The position numbers and the translations under genes are program-made. This document shows, one piece after another, positions 15,586-23,494 of a stretch of DNA of 25,157 bases (position 1 is the first letter of the stretch; every line of letters begins with the position of its first letter). The notes under the pieces were generated by a model that saw nothing but the letters and a program-made list of their open reading frames with translations, was not told the DNA's origin and searched no databases. Source of the DNA: an uncultured Candidatus Saccharibacteria bacterium (GTDB taxonomy: Bacteria > Patescibacteriota > Minisyncoccia > Phycocordibacterales > CAIRYW01); contig CAZIMQ010000001.1 of the NCBI GenBank assembly GCA_964540495.1, positions 1 to 25,157 on the forward strand, in the 5' to 3' direction.

Positions 15586-15924
15586 TTAAAATGAATGCTC
15601 AGTAATTTGCATAACCGCTTTAAATATTAAAATTGAATATAAAATCACAATTACTACACTTATAAACCAAGAGGTGTGTTTTAGCCATTTTTGTTTTATG
15701 TTTGGAAACAAAGTCTCTGTTATAAGTTTAGGAAAGGTTAATAACACCATTACGAGTGGAACAAGACAGATAAAGAAGAGAAATTGTAAATATCCACCAC
15801 CGATTTTCTGTTTAAAGTAGTATATTGCAGAAATTATTGTGGTAAATTCCATCCATCTAAATAATTTGTCTGCAAAAAACCAGGTAACCTCTAAGTCTTT
15901 CTCAGGTTTCATAAGTTTACTCAA
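15586..15924 (-). CDS. Hypothetical membrane protein (112 aa, about 3 TM)
   Basis: Hydrophobic segments. The start overlaps the grpE stop by 8 nt. Confidence 0.65.
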   Translation of the reverse strand: MSKLMKPEKDLEVTWFFADKLFRWMEFTTIISAIYYFKQKIGGGYLQFLFFICLVPLVMVLLTFPKLITETLFPNIKQKWLKHTSWFISVVIVILYSILIFKAVMQITEHSF

Positions 15925-16492
15925 ACACTTTTACACTTGCAGGTCGAATTTCTTTTCCATGCATTGTGTAGCCTTTTTGCATCACTTGCGCTACTTTTCC
16001 TTTGAGAGATTCGTCTTCTGTTGTAACTGTGCCAATTGGATTGTGCTTCATGACATCAACTTCTAGGTTTAAAGGATTTTCTTGTTTTACTCCAAAGCGC
16101 TCTAGTGTACTGATGATGTGGTTGTAAATATACTCGATTCCTGATCTCCAGTTTTTGTCTACTTTTTCCCAGTTTTCTTTGTTTGCCATCGCCATATCAA
16201 AGGCATCTAGAGCCGACAGGAGCTCCACCACGAGGGTTTCGTTGGCATACTTGATAAGTTCACCTTGATTTTTCTCAGCTTCTTTCTTGCTGTTTATGTA
16301 GTCAGCTTTAGTTCTCTGCCAGCCAGTTAAATATTCACGGTTTTCTTGCTCTAGTTTTTTTACTTTTTCTTTCAGTTTCTTGACCGTGTCTTTTAGGTTT
16401 TCGTCTGAATACTCAATATCGTCAGCAGAGTCTGCGTCTGCGTTCGTATCTGGTTCTAATATAAGATCATCTTTGTTTGAGGTGTCGTCCAT
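15917..16492 (-). CDS. grpE: Nucleotide exchange factor GrpE
   Basis: Acidic N-terminus, coiled coil, WQRTKADYINSKK, LLSALDAFD and QKGYTMHGKEIRPASVKV. Confidence 0.97.
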   Translation of the reverse strand: MDDTSNKDDLILEPDTNADADSADDIEYSDENLKDTVKKLKEKVKKLEQENREYLTGWQRTKADYINSKKEAEKNQGELIKYANETLVVELLSALDAFDMAMANKENWEKVDKNWRSGIEYIYNHIISTLERFGVKQENPLNLEVDVMKHNPIGTVTTEDESLKGKVAQVMQKGYTMHGKEIRPASVKVFE

Positions 16493-16501
16493 AGTCAGGG
16501 T

Positions 16502-16530
16502 ATTGTAAATTTTTTAGGTAAAATATGCAA
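16502..16530 (-). promoter_or_regulatory. sigma70 promoter of grpE (very short leader)
   Basis: TTGCAT (16525-16530)-17 nt-TACAAT (16502-16507), 9 nt before the ATG. Confidence 0.7.
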
Positions 16531-16560
16531 GAAAAAATCCCCTTTCGGGGAGTTTTTCTT
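16529..16560. terminator. Intrinsic (bidirectional-type) terminator
   Basis: Minus strand aagaaaaactcccc-GAAA-ggggattttttctt: GNRA loop with A/U flanks. Confidence 0.85.
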
Positions 16561-16754
16561 TATCTTTTTGACCAATGAGGACGCTCCGCTACCTTGGAAA
16601 CCCACGGTTTTCCAACGCTCGAAGACTCACTGCCTTCCTCCACAGGGAAACCGGAGTTTCCCTGGCACCCTTCTCACTCCTCAGTGGTCAAAAATAAAAA
16701 AACTCCCACTGAAGTGTGAGAGTTTTTTTTATTATCTTTTTGACCACTGAGGAG
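16560..16754. repeat. Structured element containing three copies of the rpsI 3' end around a GC-rich two-hairpin core (MITE/REP-like or att-site remnant)
   Basis: 16560-16581 matches 16732-16753 at 21/22 nt in direct orientation. 16677-16694 is a perfect 18-nt inverted copy of 16737-16754. The core 16582-16676 is 55/95 G+C, with hairpins at 16594-16615 and 16643-16664. Confidence 0.85.
16696..16729 (-). terminator. Intrinsic terminator directly after rpsI
   Basis: Minus strand aaaaaaa-ctctcac-acttca-gtgggag-ttttttt. Confidence 0.85.
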
Positions 16755-17130
16755 ATTTTCTCGCTTTCTTGAGTCCGAACTTTCTTCGTTCTTTTGCTCT
16801 AGGATCTCTCTTTAGGAAACCTTCTTTCTTTAGAGCTCCTCGAAGCTCGTGATCCATTTCAATCAATGCTCTTGAGATTCCAAGTCGGATTGATTCAGCT
16901 TGAGAAGACATACCTCCTCCAGAAACAATTGCACTTACTTTAAATTTTAGTTCAGGAGAGATTTTAGAGAAAGGTGCTTTTACAACATGCTCTAGTTCTT
17001 TTGTTGGAAAACATTCAGCTAGTGTTTTGTCGTTTATTACAAAACTCATTTTACTTTCAGGAAAAAGACGTACTCGAGCAATCGATGTTTTTCTTCGTCC
17101 AATACTTTCAAAATATTTCGTGTCTTTCAT
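16732..17130 (-). CDS. rpsI: 30S ribosomal protein S9
   Basis: GRRKTSIARVRL, GGGMSSQAESIRLGISRAL and ERRKFGLKKARKSPQWSKR. Confidence 0.98.
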   Translation of the reverse strand: MKDTKYFESIGRRKTSIARVRLFPESKMSFVINDKTLAECFPTKELEHVVKAPFSKISPELKFKVSAIVSGGGMSSQAESIRLGISRALIEMDHELRGALKKEGFLKRDPRAKERRKFGLKKARKSPQWSKR

Positions 17131-17135
17131 ATGAT

Positions 17136-17480
17136 TTAGTCTGTGATCTTTAAATTAACTAACATTCGATCTCGAAGTTTGTTTTTTGGAAGCATACCAG
17201 AAACCGCAAGACGTAAAACTTCTTTCATTCCTTTTTTTGCAGCTGTTTGCTCAAGTGTCGGTGTCTTTAGACCTCCTGGGTACCCAGAATATCGAATGTT
17301 TCTTTCCTCTTTCTTTTTCTTTTCTGTAATTGAAAGCTTAGAAGCGTTTACTACTTTTACGATATTTGTAGGAGCGGTGTTGCGAGCAAAATCTCTATGG
17401 TTTTTACCCATAAGAAGAGATGCAATTTCTGTTGCAACACGACCTAATTTTTGATTTTCTGCGTCTATTTTGTATTCCAT
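17136..17480 (-). CDS. rplM: 50S ribosomal protein L13 (short form, 114 aa)
   Basis: IDAENQKLGRVATEIASLLMGK, YSGYPGGLK and AVSGMLPKNKL. Confidence 0.96.
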   Translation of the reverse strand: MEYKIDAENQKLGRVATEIASLLMGKNHRDFARNTAPTNIVKVVNASKLSITEKKKKEERNIRYSGYPGGLKTPTLEQTAAKKGMKEVLRLAVSGMLPKNKLRDRMLVNLKITD

Positions 17481-17489
17481 TTTTTTATC

Positions 17490-17843
17490 TTACTTTACAA
17501 ATTCGATTGCTGCCATCTTGCTTCTGTCGTTTACTCGTGTTGGAAGCTTTGTGATTCGTGTATACCCACCAGCACGACTTTTTTGATCTTTCGCAATATC
17601 ACCTGTGAGTTTTTTGAAAGCAAGACCATTACCGATCTTTGAAGCAATAAGTCTTTTGGCAGAAAGAGTTTCTGTACGAGCGTGAGTAACTAGTTTTTCT
17701 ATAAAAGGTCGTAGTTCTTTTGCTTTTGTTTCAGTTGTTTTAATTTTACCATTTAAAATAAGGCCCACAGCTAAAGCTTTAAGAAGTGCTCTTCTTTGGT
17801 TTGTTCCTCTTCCTAATTTTTTTCCTTTTTTGTGGTGTCTCAT
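17490..17843 (-). CDS. rplQ: 50S ribosomal protein L17
   Basis: MRHHKKGKKLGR, IKTTETKAKELR and GGYTRITK. Confidence 0.98.
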   Translation of the reverse strand: MRHHKKGKKLGRGTNQRRALLKALAVGLILNGKIKTTETKAKELRPFIEKLVTHARTETLSAKRLIASKIGNGLAFKKLTGDIAKDQKSRAGGYTRITKLPTRVNDRSKMAAIEFVK

Positions 17844-17852
17844 GTTTGTATA

Positions 17853-18830
17853 TTATTTCAGTTCAATTCCAAGGCCTTTCAAAGTTACTTTGATTTCTTG
17901 AATTCCTTTTGTTCCAAGACCATCAATTTCTGAAAGATCACGCTCTTTTTTCCGAGCTAAACCTCCTACTGTTCTGATGTTTGCGTTTGTAAGAGCGTTG
18001 ATAGTTCTTTGAGACATGTCTACAGATTCGATTCTTGTTTTAAAGATTTCTTCTAGATCTTCTCTGTTTTCAAAATCGTCGTCTTTCTTTTCGTCTTTAG
18101 ATTTCTTAGTTTCAACCTTCTCTACAACTTCCTCTTCTTCTTTGAAGCCTACTATTGCTTTTAGTTGAGAGATCATGATTGCAATACTCTTTTCTAGAGC
18201 TTCTTTTGAAGTGATACTTCCGTCTGTTTCAATAAACATTCGAAGTTTGTTGAAGTCAGTACGACCTCCAACTCGCATGTTTTCTACTTCGTAAGCTACT
18301 CTTCGGATAGGACTAAAAATAGCGTCAACTGAGATTGACCCTATTTCTACTCTTTCTTTTTGTGTAACTTCTTTTGGAAGGTATCCTAGACCTTTTTCAA
18401 TAGTGATTTCCATAGAAAAATCTGAAGATTTGTCTGTAGTTTCAGCGATTGCTTGGTCTGGGTTCATTACTTCTACTTGTCCTGGAAGTTTAATATCTCC
18501 GGCTGTAATCTTTTGAGCACCTTTTACGGCTAGTGTAAGTGTCTGAGGTTCATCTGTAAGCATGTTAAAACGAACACGCTTTAGGTTTAAAATAATAGCA
18601 ACAACATCCTCCTTTACTCCTTCAAGAGTTGAGAATTCGTGAGAAGCCCCCTTGATTTTAAGGGAAGTGATAGCAGCTCCTTCAATAGAAGAAAGGATGA
18701 TTCTTCTAAGAGAGTTACCCAAAGTATGCCCGTACCCTGGGTACAGACCATCGATCTCGTAAGTTCCCGATTTAGCGTCTTCTTTTATGATCCTTGGTTT
18801 AGAAGGTAAGAGAATGTTTGTGTCTGCCAT
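17853..18830 (-). CDS. rpoA: RNA polymerase alpha subunit
   Basis: GYGHTLGNSLRRIILSSIEG, HEFSTLEGVKED, DAIFSPIRRV and a C-terminal domain. Confidence 0.99.
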   Translation of the reverse strand: MADTNILLPSKPRIIKEDAKSGTYEIDGLYPGYGHTLGNSLRRIILSSIEGAAITSLKIKGASHEFSTLEGVKEDVVAIILNLKRVRFNMLTDEPQTLTLAVKGAQKITAGDIKLPGQVEVMNPDQAIAETTDKSSDFSMEITIEKGLGYLPKEVTQKERVEIGSISVDAIFSPIRRVAYEVENMRVGGRTDFNKLRMFIETDGSITSKEALEKSIAIMISQLKAIVGFKEEEEVVEKVETKKSKDEKKDDDFENREDLEEIFKTRIESVDMSQRTINALTNANIRTVGGLARKKERDLSEIDGLGTKGIQEIKVTLKGLGIELK

Positions 18831-18920
18831 ATAAAACTTGTAATTATTTTTAAATTAAAATTTAACCTTTAAATTATAACCCGATTCTTTAAAAAAATCA
18901 AATCGGGGGAAATTTTGACT

Positions 18921-19523
18921 TTATCTTCGGTAATACTCGAATATTGTTTGAAGATCAAATAGGAGTTCTGTGGGATTTAGCTTTGGTTTTCCTGTAACTT
19001 CGATTGTGTAATTTTTCGCATCAACTTTTAGCCAGTTTGGCACTTCAGCTGTTTTTGCTACTTCCTCTAGTGTTCGAAAAACTCCTTTTGCTTTACTTCC
19101 CTCTCGGACAGCAATCTTGTCGCCGATACTTACTCTGTATGAAGGAATAGTAACTTTTCTTCCGTTTACTGTAATGTGCCCGTGAGAAACAGCTTGTCGT
19201 GCTCCTCTTCGTGTGTTTGCAAAAGCGCTTCGAGCAACGATGTTGTCTAGTCTTGTTTCAAGTTTTTCAAAAAGAGCTTCTGTTTGGGATCCGCTTTGAA
19301 GTGAGATTGCTTCGTTTACGTAGTTTTTGAATTGTTTTTCACTAATTCCGTATGTAAATCGTGCCTTTTGCTTTTCGTTCATCTGTGTTCCGAAAGCTGT
19401 TTTTGGCTTACTAAAACCAGTGCTTCTTTTTTCTTTTGAAGCAGCAAATTTCGCATTTTGAGTTTTCTCAAAAATTGGAGCTCCGAGTCTTCGTGCGATT
19501 TTGTATTTTGGTCCTAGTTGCAT
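18921..19523 (-). CDS. rpsD: 30S ribosomal protein S4
   Basis: GPKYKIARRLG, EKQKARFTYG and LETRLDNIVARS...ARQAVSHGHITVNG. Confidence 0.98.
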   Translation of the reverse strand: MQLGPKYKIARRLGAPIFEKTQNAKFAASKEKRSTGFSKPKTAFGTQMNEKQKARFTYGISEKQFKNYVNEAISLQSGSQTEALFEKLETRLDNIVARSAFANTRRGARQAVSHGHITVNGRKVTIPSYRVSIGDKIAVREGSKAKGVFRTLEEVAKTAEVPNWLKVDAKNYTIEVTGKPKLNPTELLFDLQTIFEYYRR

Positions 19524-19563
19524 GACTATTTAAAAATTAAAAATTGTAGATATGTTGTAAAGA

Positions 19564-19995
19564 TTAAACTCTTCTTGGTTTTGGTGGTCGAGGTCCGTTG
19601 TGAGGGACTGGAGTAGCGTCTTTGATTGAAGTAATTTCAAAAGCTCCTTTAGAGATAAATCCTCGAATTGAAGATTCTCGTCCAGATCCTACTCCTTTTA
19701 CTACAACTGAAACTTGCTTTACTCCCATAGCAAGAGCTTTTGCTCCTACAGTTTCTCCTACTTTAGCAGCTGCGAAAGGTGTTCCTTTCTTAGCTCCTTT
19801 AAATCCGAGACTTCCACTTGAAGACCAAGTAAGAGAGTTTCCTTTTGCATCAGTAAGAAGCACTAGAGTGTTGTTGTATGTAGATTGAACATTTAAAACA
19901 GCAACATCTACTCTCTTTTTTGAGAGCGCAGAAGAACCTGATTTTCCATCAGCTTTTCCTTCTCCTCCTTTTGTTGCAATTCTCTTCTTTCCCAT
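19564..19995 (-). CDS. rpsK: 30S ribosomal protein S11
   Basis: STYNNT, GFKGAKKGTPFAA, GVGSGRE and TPVPHNGPRPPKPRRV. Confidence 0.98.
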   Translation of the reverse strand: MGKKRIATKGGEGKADGKSGSSALSKKRVDVAVLNVQSTYNNTLVLLTDAKGNSLTWSSSGSLGFKGAKKGTPFAAAKVGETVGAKALAMGVKQVSVVVKGVGSGRESSIRGFISKGAFEITSIKDATPVPHNGPRPPKPRRV

Positions 19996-20011
19996 TTTGT
20001 TTATTTATATT

Positions 20012-20389
20012 TTATTTCTTATCAGCTTTCTTTCTTCCGCTTCCCATAGTTTTCTTTGCTCCTTTTAGTGTTCGGGCGTTAGTCTTTGTTCTTTGGCCTC
20101 TAGCTGGAAGTTTCTTTGCGTGTCTTGTTCCTTTGTAGCTCTTGATATCCTTCATTCGTTTGATGTTTGAAGAAACCTCTCTTTTTAGCTCTCCTTCAAG
20201 CTTGAAAACCTCGATGTTCTTTCGAATCTCGTTTTCTTCTTCTGTAGAAAGTTCTGATGCTTTTTTACCTAAATCAATCTTAGATTTCTTTAAAATCATT
20301 TGCGCGCGAGAACGACCGACTCCGTAGACGGCTGTTAGTGCGATTTCTAGACGCTTATTTTCTGGTATTGTAATTCCGAGTACTCTCAT
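20012..20389 (-). CDS. rpsM: 30S ribosomal protein S13
   Basis: ALTAVYGVG and HAKKLPARGQRTKTNART. Confidence 0.98.
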   Translation of the reverse strand: MRVLGITIPENKRLEIALTAVYGVGRSRAQMILKKSKIDLGKKASELSTEEENEIRKNIEVFKLEGELKREVSSNIKRMKDIKSYKGTRHAKKLPARGQRTKTNARTLKGAKKTMGSGRKKADKK

Positions 20390-20391
20390 TT

Positions 20392-20508
20392 TTATCCTTG
20401 TCGTTGTTTATGTCTTTTATCTCCTTTGCATACCACTCGTACAACCCCGTCTCTTTTGACGGTTTTACACTTTGGACACATTTTTTTAACTGAAGCTTTT
20501 ACTTTCAT
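20392..20508 (-). CDS. rpmJ: 50S ribosomal protein L36 (zinc-binding form)
   Basis: Below the ORF-track size cutoff. Manual translation gives [38 protein letters not shown], with CxxC...C...H ligands. Confidence 0.97.
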   Translation of the reverse strand: MKVKASVKKMCPKCKTVKRDGVVRVVCKGDKRHKQRQG

Positions 20509-20521
20509 ATAAAACCAAAAC

Positions 20522-20550
20522 AATATACTATATCCTCTTTTTTAAGTCAA
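20522..20550 (-). promoter_or_regulatory. sigma70 promoter upstream of rpmJ
   Basis: TTGACT (20545-20550)-17 nt-TATATT (20522-20527). Confidence 0.7.
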
Positions 20551-20564
20551 AGGATTTTTTCCTT

Positions 20565-20780
20565 TTAAAGCCTTCTTGAAATTCTAGCTCTTCCCCCGTA
20601 AGGGTCTAACTCTAATTCAACCTTGTCTCCGATCAGAACTCTTATCCGATTTAACCTCATTTTACCGGCAAGATATGCCAGAACTATAGATCCGTTTTCC
20701 AGTTCAACTCTAAATAGAGTGTTTGGAAGCGCTTCTGTAACGACTCCGATTGTTTTTTCTTGGGCTGTTTTATCGCTCAT
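20565..20780 (-). CDS. infA: Translation initiation factor IF-1
   Basis: [16 protein letters not shown] and [16 protein letters not shown]. Confidence 0.98.
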   Translation of the reverse strand: MSDKTAQEKTIGVVTEALPNTLFRVELENGSIVLAYLAGKMRLNRIRVLIGDKVELELDPYGGRARISRRL

Positions 20781-20805
20781 TTATACTATTTTTTGTCGTC
20801 TGCAA

Positions 20806-20834
20806 ATATTAGCAGGAAGGATAAAGTAAGTCAA
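20806..20834 (-). promoter_or_regulatory. sigma70 promoter upstream of infA
   Basis: TTGACT (20829-20834)-17 nt-TAATAT (20806-20811), with a TG extension. Confidence 0.65.
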
Positions 20835-20839
20835 TGGTA

Positions 20840-22213
20840 TTATTCCTTTATAACTCTTATTTTTCCTACTTTTTCTGGGATTTCACTCTTCCAAAATGGA
20901 GAAATCACTACCTTGGCATCAGCTAAGCCTTCAAAAGTCTTTAGAAATTCAGACACATCGTCTTTGTTTTTACCTTTTAGATCTTCTTTTAGTTTCTCTT
21001 CGTCTATTATAAAGCTGTAAGAAAAAACTCCTGACATTGTCGCGTTTAGTGTACCAGCGCTTTCTTTTACGCTTTCTTTTTCAACGGTACCTTCTGAAAT
21101 TGCTACCATTGCATTTGGACTGATTTGCTCTTCTGAAAGTGAGTTTACGAGTTGGTTTTGATTGAATATGTAACCTACAATTTTTCCTGTGGCCTTAATT
21201 GTGGCTTTGTTTGCTTCTCCTGGGATTGGCTCTGAAAAATTGATAGTCACTGTGAAAGCTCCTTCTGGTAAGAAAAATTCTTTTGGTATTTCAGCTTTGA
21301 TTTTTTCTTTTAAGCTGGTTGTGAGTTCTGTTTCTAAGCTTTCCCGCGCGATTTTTCTCTCTTCGTCGCTAATAACGGCTACTTTTCCTTCCATTCCCCC
21401 ACTAAAAGCTACTTTTGAACGTGCGTAGATAGTGTTGAATTTTGGATCTCCTTTAAAACCTGGAATAGTGAAATCACTTGGACCTATGTTGTATTTTGAG
21501 CCCGCTACGTCTGCGATTACATTGACCTCAATACTTCCTGGGATTAGTTTCCCAGCGCTGTCTGCTTTTTGCCCTGGAACAGTAGTTCCTTTTTCAAGTC
21601 TAAAAATCAGGCCTTCTGGGGTTTCAAATCGTGTGTTTGCAACAAGAGTTTGGTTTGCTTTTGAAAAGTTGTTGTAAATTATGAGCTTTCCTTTTGCTTT
21701 TTCTGTCACTTCTTTTTCTCCTTTACCAGTGACTGTTGCTTCTTTTGTATCTTCTGTGGTGATTGTAGAGTACGCAAGTCCTCCAGTGCCGTCTTTTGTT
21801 GCAGTTATTTCTTTATTTGCCTCAATTGAGACAGTTTTTGCTTTCACAGTAACCGTGGCCTTGCTTAAAAATAGTGAGAAAGCAAAAAATAGCGCGCAAA
21901 TAGAGAGAATTGCGATTGACCACATACCAACTCTGCCTCCCCAACCTTTTTTTACAGAAGTGGCTTTAAAAGTTTCAAAATCCTCTACCTCTTCTTTTTT
22001 TCTTATGTGACGTTTTGGAGCTACGATAGATTCTTCAGGAGGATCTTCTTCTTTGTAATGTTGGTACTCTTCAGCAACAGGTGTAGGGTCAGAATACACT
22101 TCTTCTTCAGGAATTTCTTCTTCTTTTTTCTTTCTTGATCGAGAAGGAATTGGAATATTTCTGATTGATCTTTTTTCTGGTGGGATGATGTCGTGAAATG
22201 TACTTCGTGGCAT
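20840..22213 (-). CDS. Single-pass membrane protein: acidic disordered cytoplasmic N-terminus plus beta-rich extracellular region (resembles the CPR baseplate-J-like hypothetical family)
   Basis: N-terminal HDIIPP motif, Glu/Lys-rich linker and one TM (VGMWSIAILSICALFFAFSLFL). Then ATVTVK, AKGKLIIYN, LVANTRFET, LIFRL and AGSKYNIG. The family resemblance is recalled, not searched. Confidence 0.65.
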   Translation of the reverse strand: MPRSTFHDIIPPEKRSIRNIPIPSRSRKKKEEEIPEEEVYSDPTPVAEEYQHYKEEDPPEESIVAPKRHIRKKEEVEDFETFKATSVKKGWGGRVGMWSIAILSICALFFAFSLFLSKATVTVKAKTVSIEANKEITATKDGTGGLAYSTITTEDTKEATVTGKGEKEVTEKAKGKLIIYNNFSKANQTLVANTRFETPEGLIFRLEKGTTVPGQKADSAGKLIPGSIEVNVIADVAGSKYNIGPSDFTIPGFKGDPKFNTIYARSKVAFSGGMEGKVAVISDEERKIARESLETELTTSLKEKIKAEIPKEFFLPEGAFTVTINFSEPIPGEANKATIKATGKIVGYIFNQNQLVNSLSEEQISPNAMVAISEGTVEKESVKESAGTLNATMSGVFSYSFIIDEEKLKEDLKGKNKDDVSEFLKTFEGLADAKVVISPFWKSEIPEKVGKIRVIKE

Positions 22214-22279
22214 ATTTTTTATTTCAAAGTAAATTAAATAAAAATAATTTCTCCTAGTTTTTTAATTCGTCTTTATATT

Positions 22280-23449
22280 CTAAACCGAATGTGCAAAAAG
22301 TGCTAGACATCCAAGTAGTGGATTAAGTCTCGAGGTTGGGATAAGTGAATCTAAATTTTTTGAAACATCATCAAATGTAAAAAAAGCTACTTCAAAATTG
22401 TCTAAAGTAAGTGTTGCGTTGCTATATGTTTCTCCTAAAATCCACTCACCCATCAGTTTTGATTCAATACCATTGTCTGCTACTACAATGTTTCTTGGCA
22501 ATACAACTGTTGAACCCAATTTCCAAAGGCCTTCAGAGAGAAGTTTGTTCCATTCCACTCGAGCTTTGTCGATAATCATGTCTATTTTGTCGGAAGAATC
22601 TTTTTCTAGTTTTTTTTCTTGCCAAAGTCTAAAAATCGAGAAGCTGTGAGGAATGTCTAGGTTCATTTCGCTTGCGATTGTTCCTACAACCCTGTGTTTT
22701 CCGTAAGGAACTGTTGCTGTGCCCTCAATTCGCCCATTTCTAATGAGTAAAATATCGGAAACTTCATGTTCCGGAATAAAAAGAATAAAATCTTTTTTAT
22801 CAAGAATTTTTTTTGCAACAAAGTAAAGAGAAGAAGGGATTGTGTGGAAAACAATTTCGGTGTGAGGGAAAGAAAGTAAAATAGTTTCTTCTATCTTTGA
22901 AACCACTTTTTTTTGTGCACTTCCTGAGAAAAAAGAAACGTCCACTTCTAAAACTTTCTTTCCAATAGGGTCTTTTAGTGCGTAACCGTTGGCTTTTACT
23001 TCGGTTATAGCTTTTTCAATATTCATTAGGTCTGGGTGCTCCTGCGTAAAATTTTTCGAAACAACTTCTTCTAAAAGTTTTTCTGTGATAAAAAAAGTTT
23101 TATCTTTCTTTTCATTCGACGAGTCAATTTTGGACACGTGCCAAGGAGAGCCCAAAAAAACATATATTTTTGAAAGCTTTTTGTGTGACATCTTTCTTTG
23201 TTCAAGCTCTAAAAAACCGTCTTTTACAAGGTGTTCGCTAGCGCGTCTAAGTGACGTAAGCATTATTGGTTCTAATCTTTCTGGAGCTACAGATCCAAGG
23301 TTTTCCATGGCGTGTCTGGAAGCGTGACAAATTTTTGGGTTTTGATTTGGAGAATAGTCGACGATCATGGAAAGAACTTTTCCACTTTCAATTGCAAAAA
23401 TCGCAACAAGTTCATCTTTGTGTTTTTGAGGATGTAAAAAATCGAACAT
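22280..23449 (-). CDS. Degenerate FtsA/PilM-like actin-fold protein
   Basis: VAIFAIESGKV sits at the phosphate-1 position, ANGYALKDPIG resembles FtsA subdomain 1C, and FILFIPEHEVSDILLIRNG...ATVPYGKHRVVGTIA is the phosphate-2 region. The canonical DIG motifs are substituted. Confidence 0.6.
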   Translation of the reverse strand: MFDFLHPQKHKDELVAIFAIESGKVLSMIVDYSPNQNPKICHASRHAMENLGSVAPERLEPIMLTSLRRASEHLVKDGFLELEQRKMSHKKLSKIYVFLGSPWHVSKIDSSNEKKDKTFFITEKLLEEVVSKNFTQEHPDLMNIEKAITEVKANGYALKDPIGKKVLEVDVSFFSGSAQKKVVSKIEETILLSFPHTEIVFHTIPSSLYFVAKKILDKKDFILFIPEHEVSDILLIRNGRIEGTATVPYGKHRVVGTIASEMNLDIPHSFSIFRLWQEKKLEKDSSDKIDMIIDKARVEWNKLLSEGLWKLGSTVVLPRNIVVADNGIESKLMGEWILGETYSNATLTLDNFEVAFFTFDDVSKNLDSLIPTSRLNPLLGCLALFAHSV

Positions 23450-23462
23450 TATGGTTTGAATT

Positions 23463-23481
23463 ATAAACCATAAACCATAAA
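23463..23481. repeat. Intergenic heptamer repeat (ATAAACC)
   Basis: ataaacc-ataaacc-ataaa. The same unit occurs in the opposite orientation at about 11648-11662. Confidence 0.6.
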
Positions 23482-23494
23482 TAAAAAATGTAGA

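Noticed and set aside
16568-16750. 60-aa plus-strand ORF in the rpsI-grpE gap
   Set aside because: It runs across the repeat element and terminator, and has no protein-like features or start context.
16560-16754. CRISPR array or tRNA interpretation of the rpsI-linked repeats
   Set aside because: There are only three copies in mixed orientation, identical to coding sequence, with no cas genes. No cloverleaf, TTCRA loop or CCA end is evident.
18880-18907. cccgatt/aatcggg hairpin between rpsD and rpoA
   Set aside because: It has a 7-bp stem with a 14-nt loop and no convincing U-tract, inside a normally co-transcribed operon. The evidence is too weak to call a terminator.
20840-22213. Prophage suggested by baseplate-J-like resemblance
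   Set aside because: No other phage genes are present. The protein has a TM anchor and sits among housekeeping genes.
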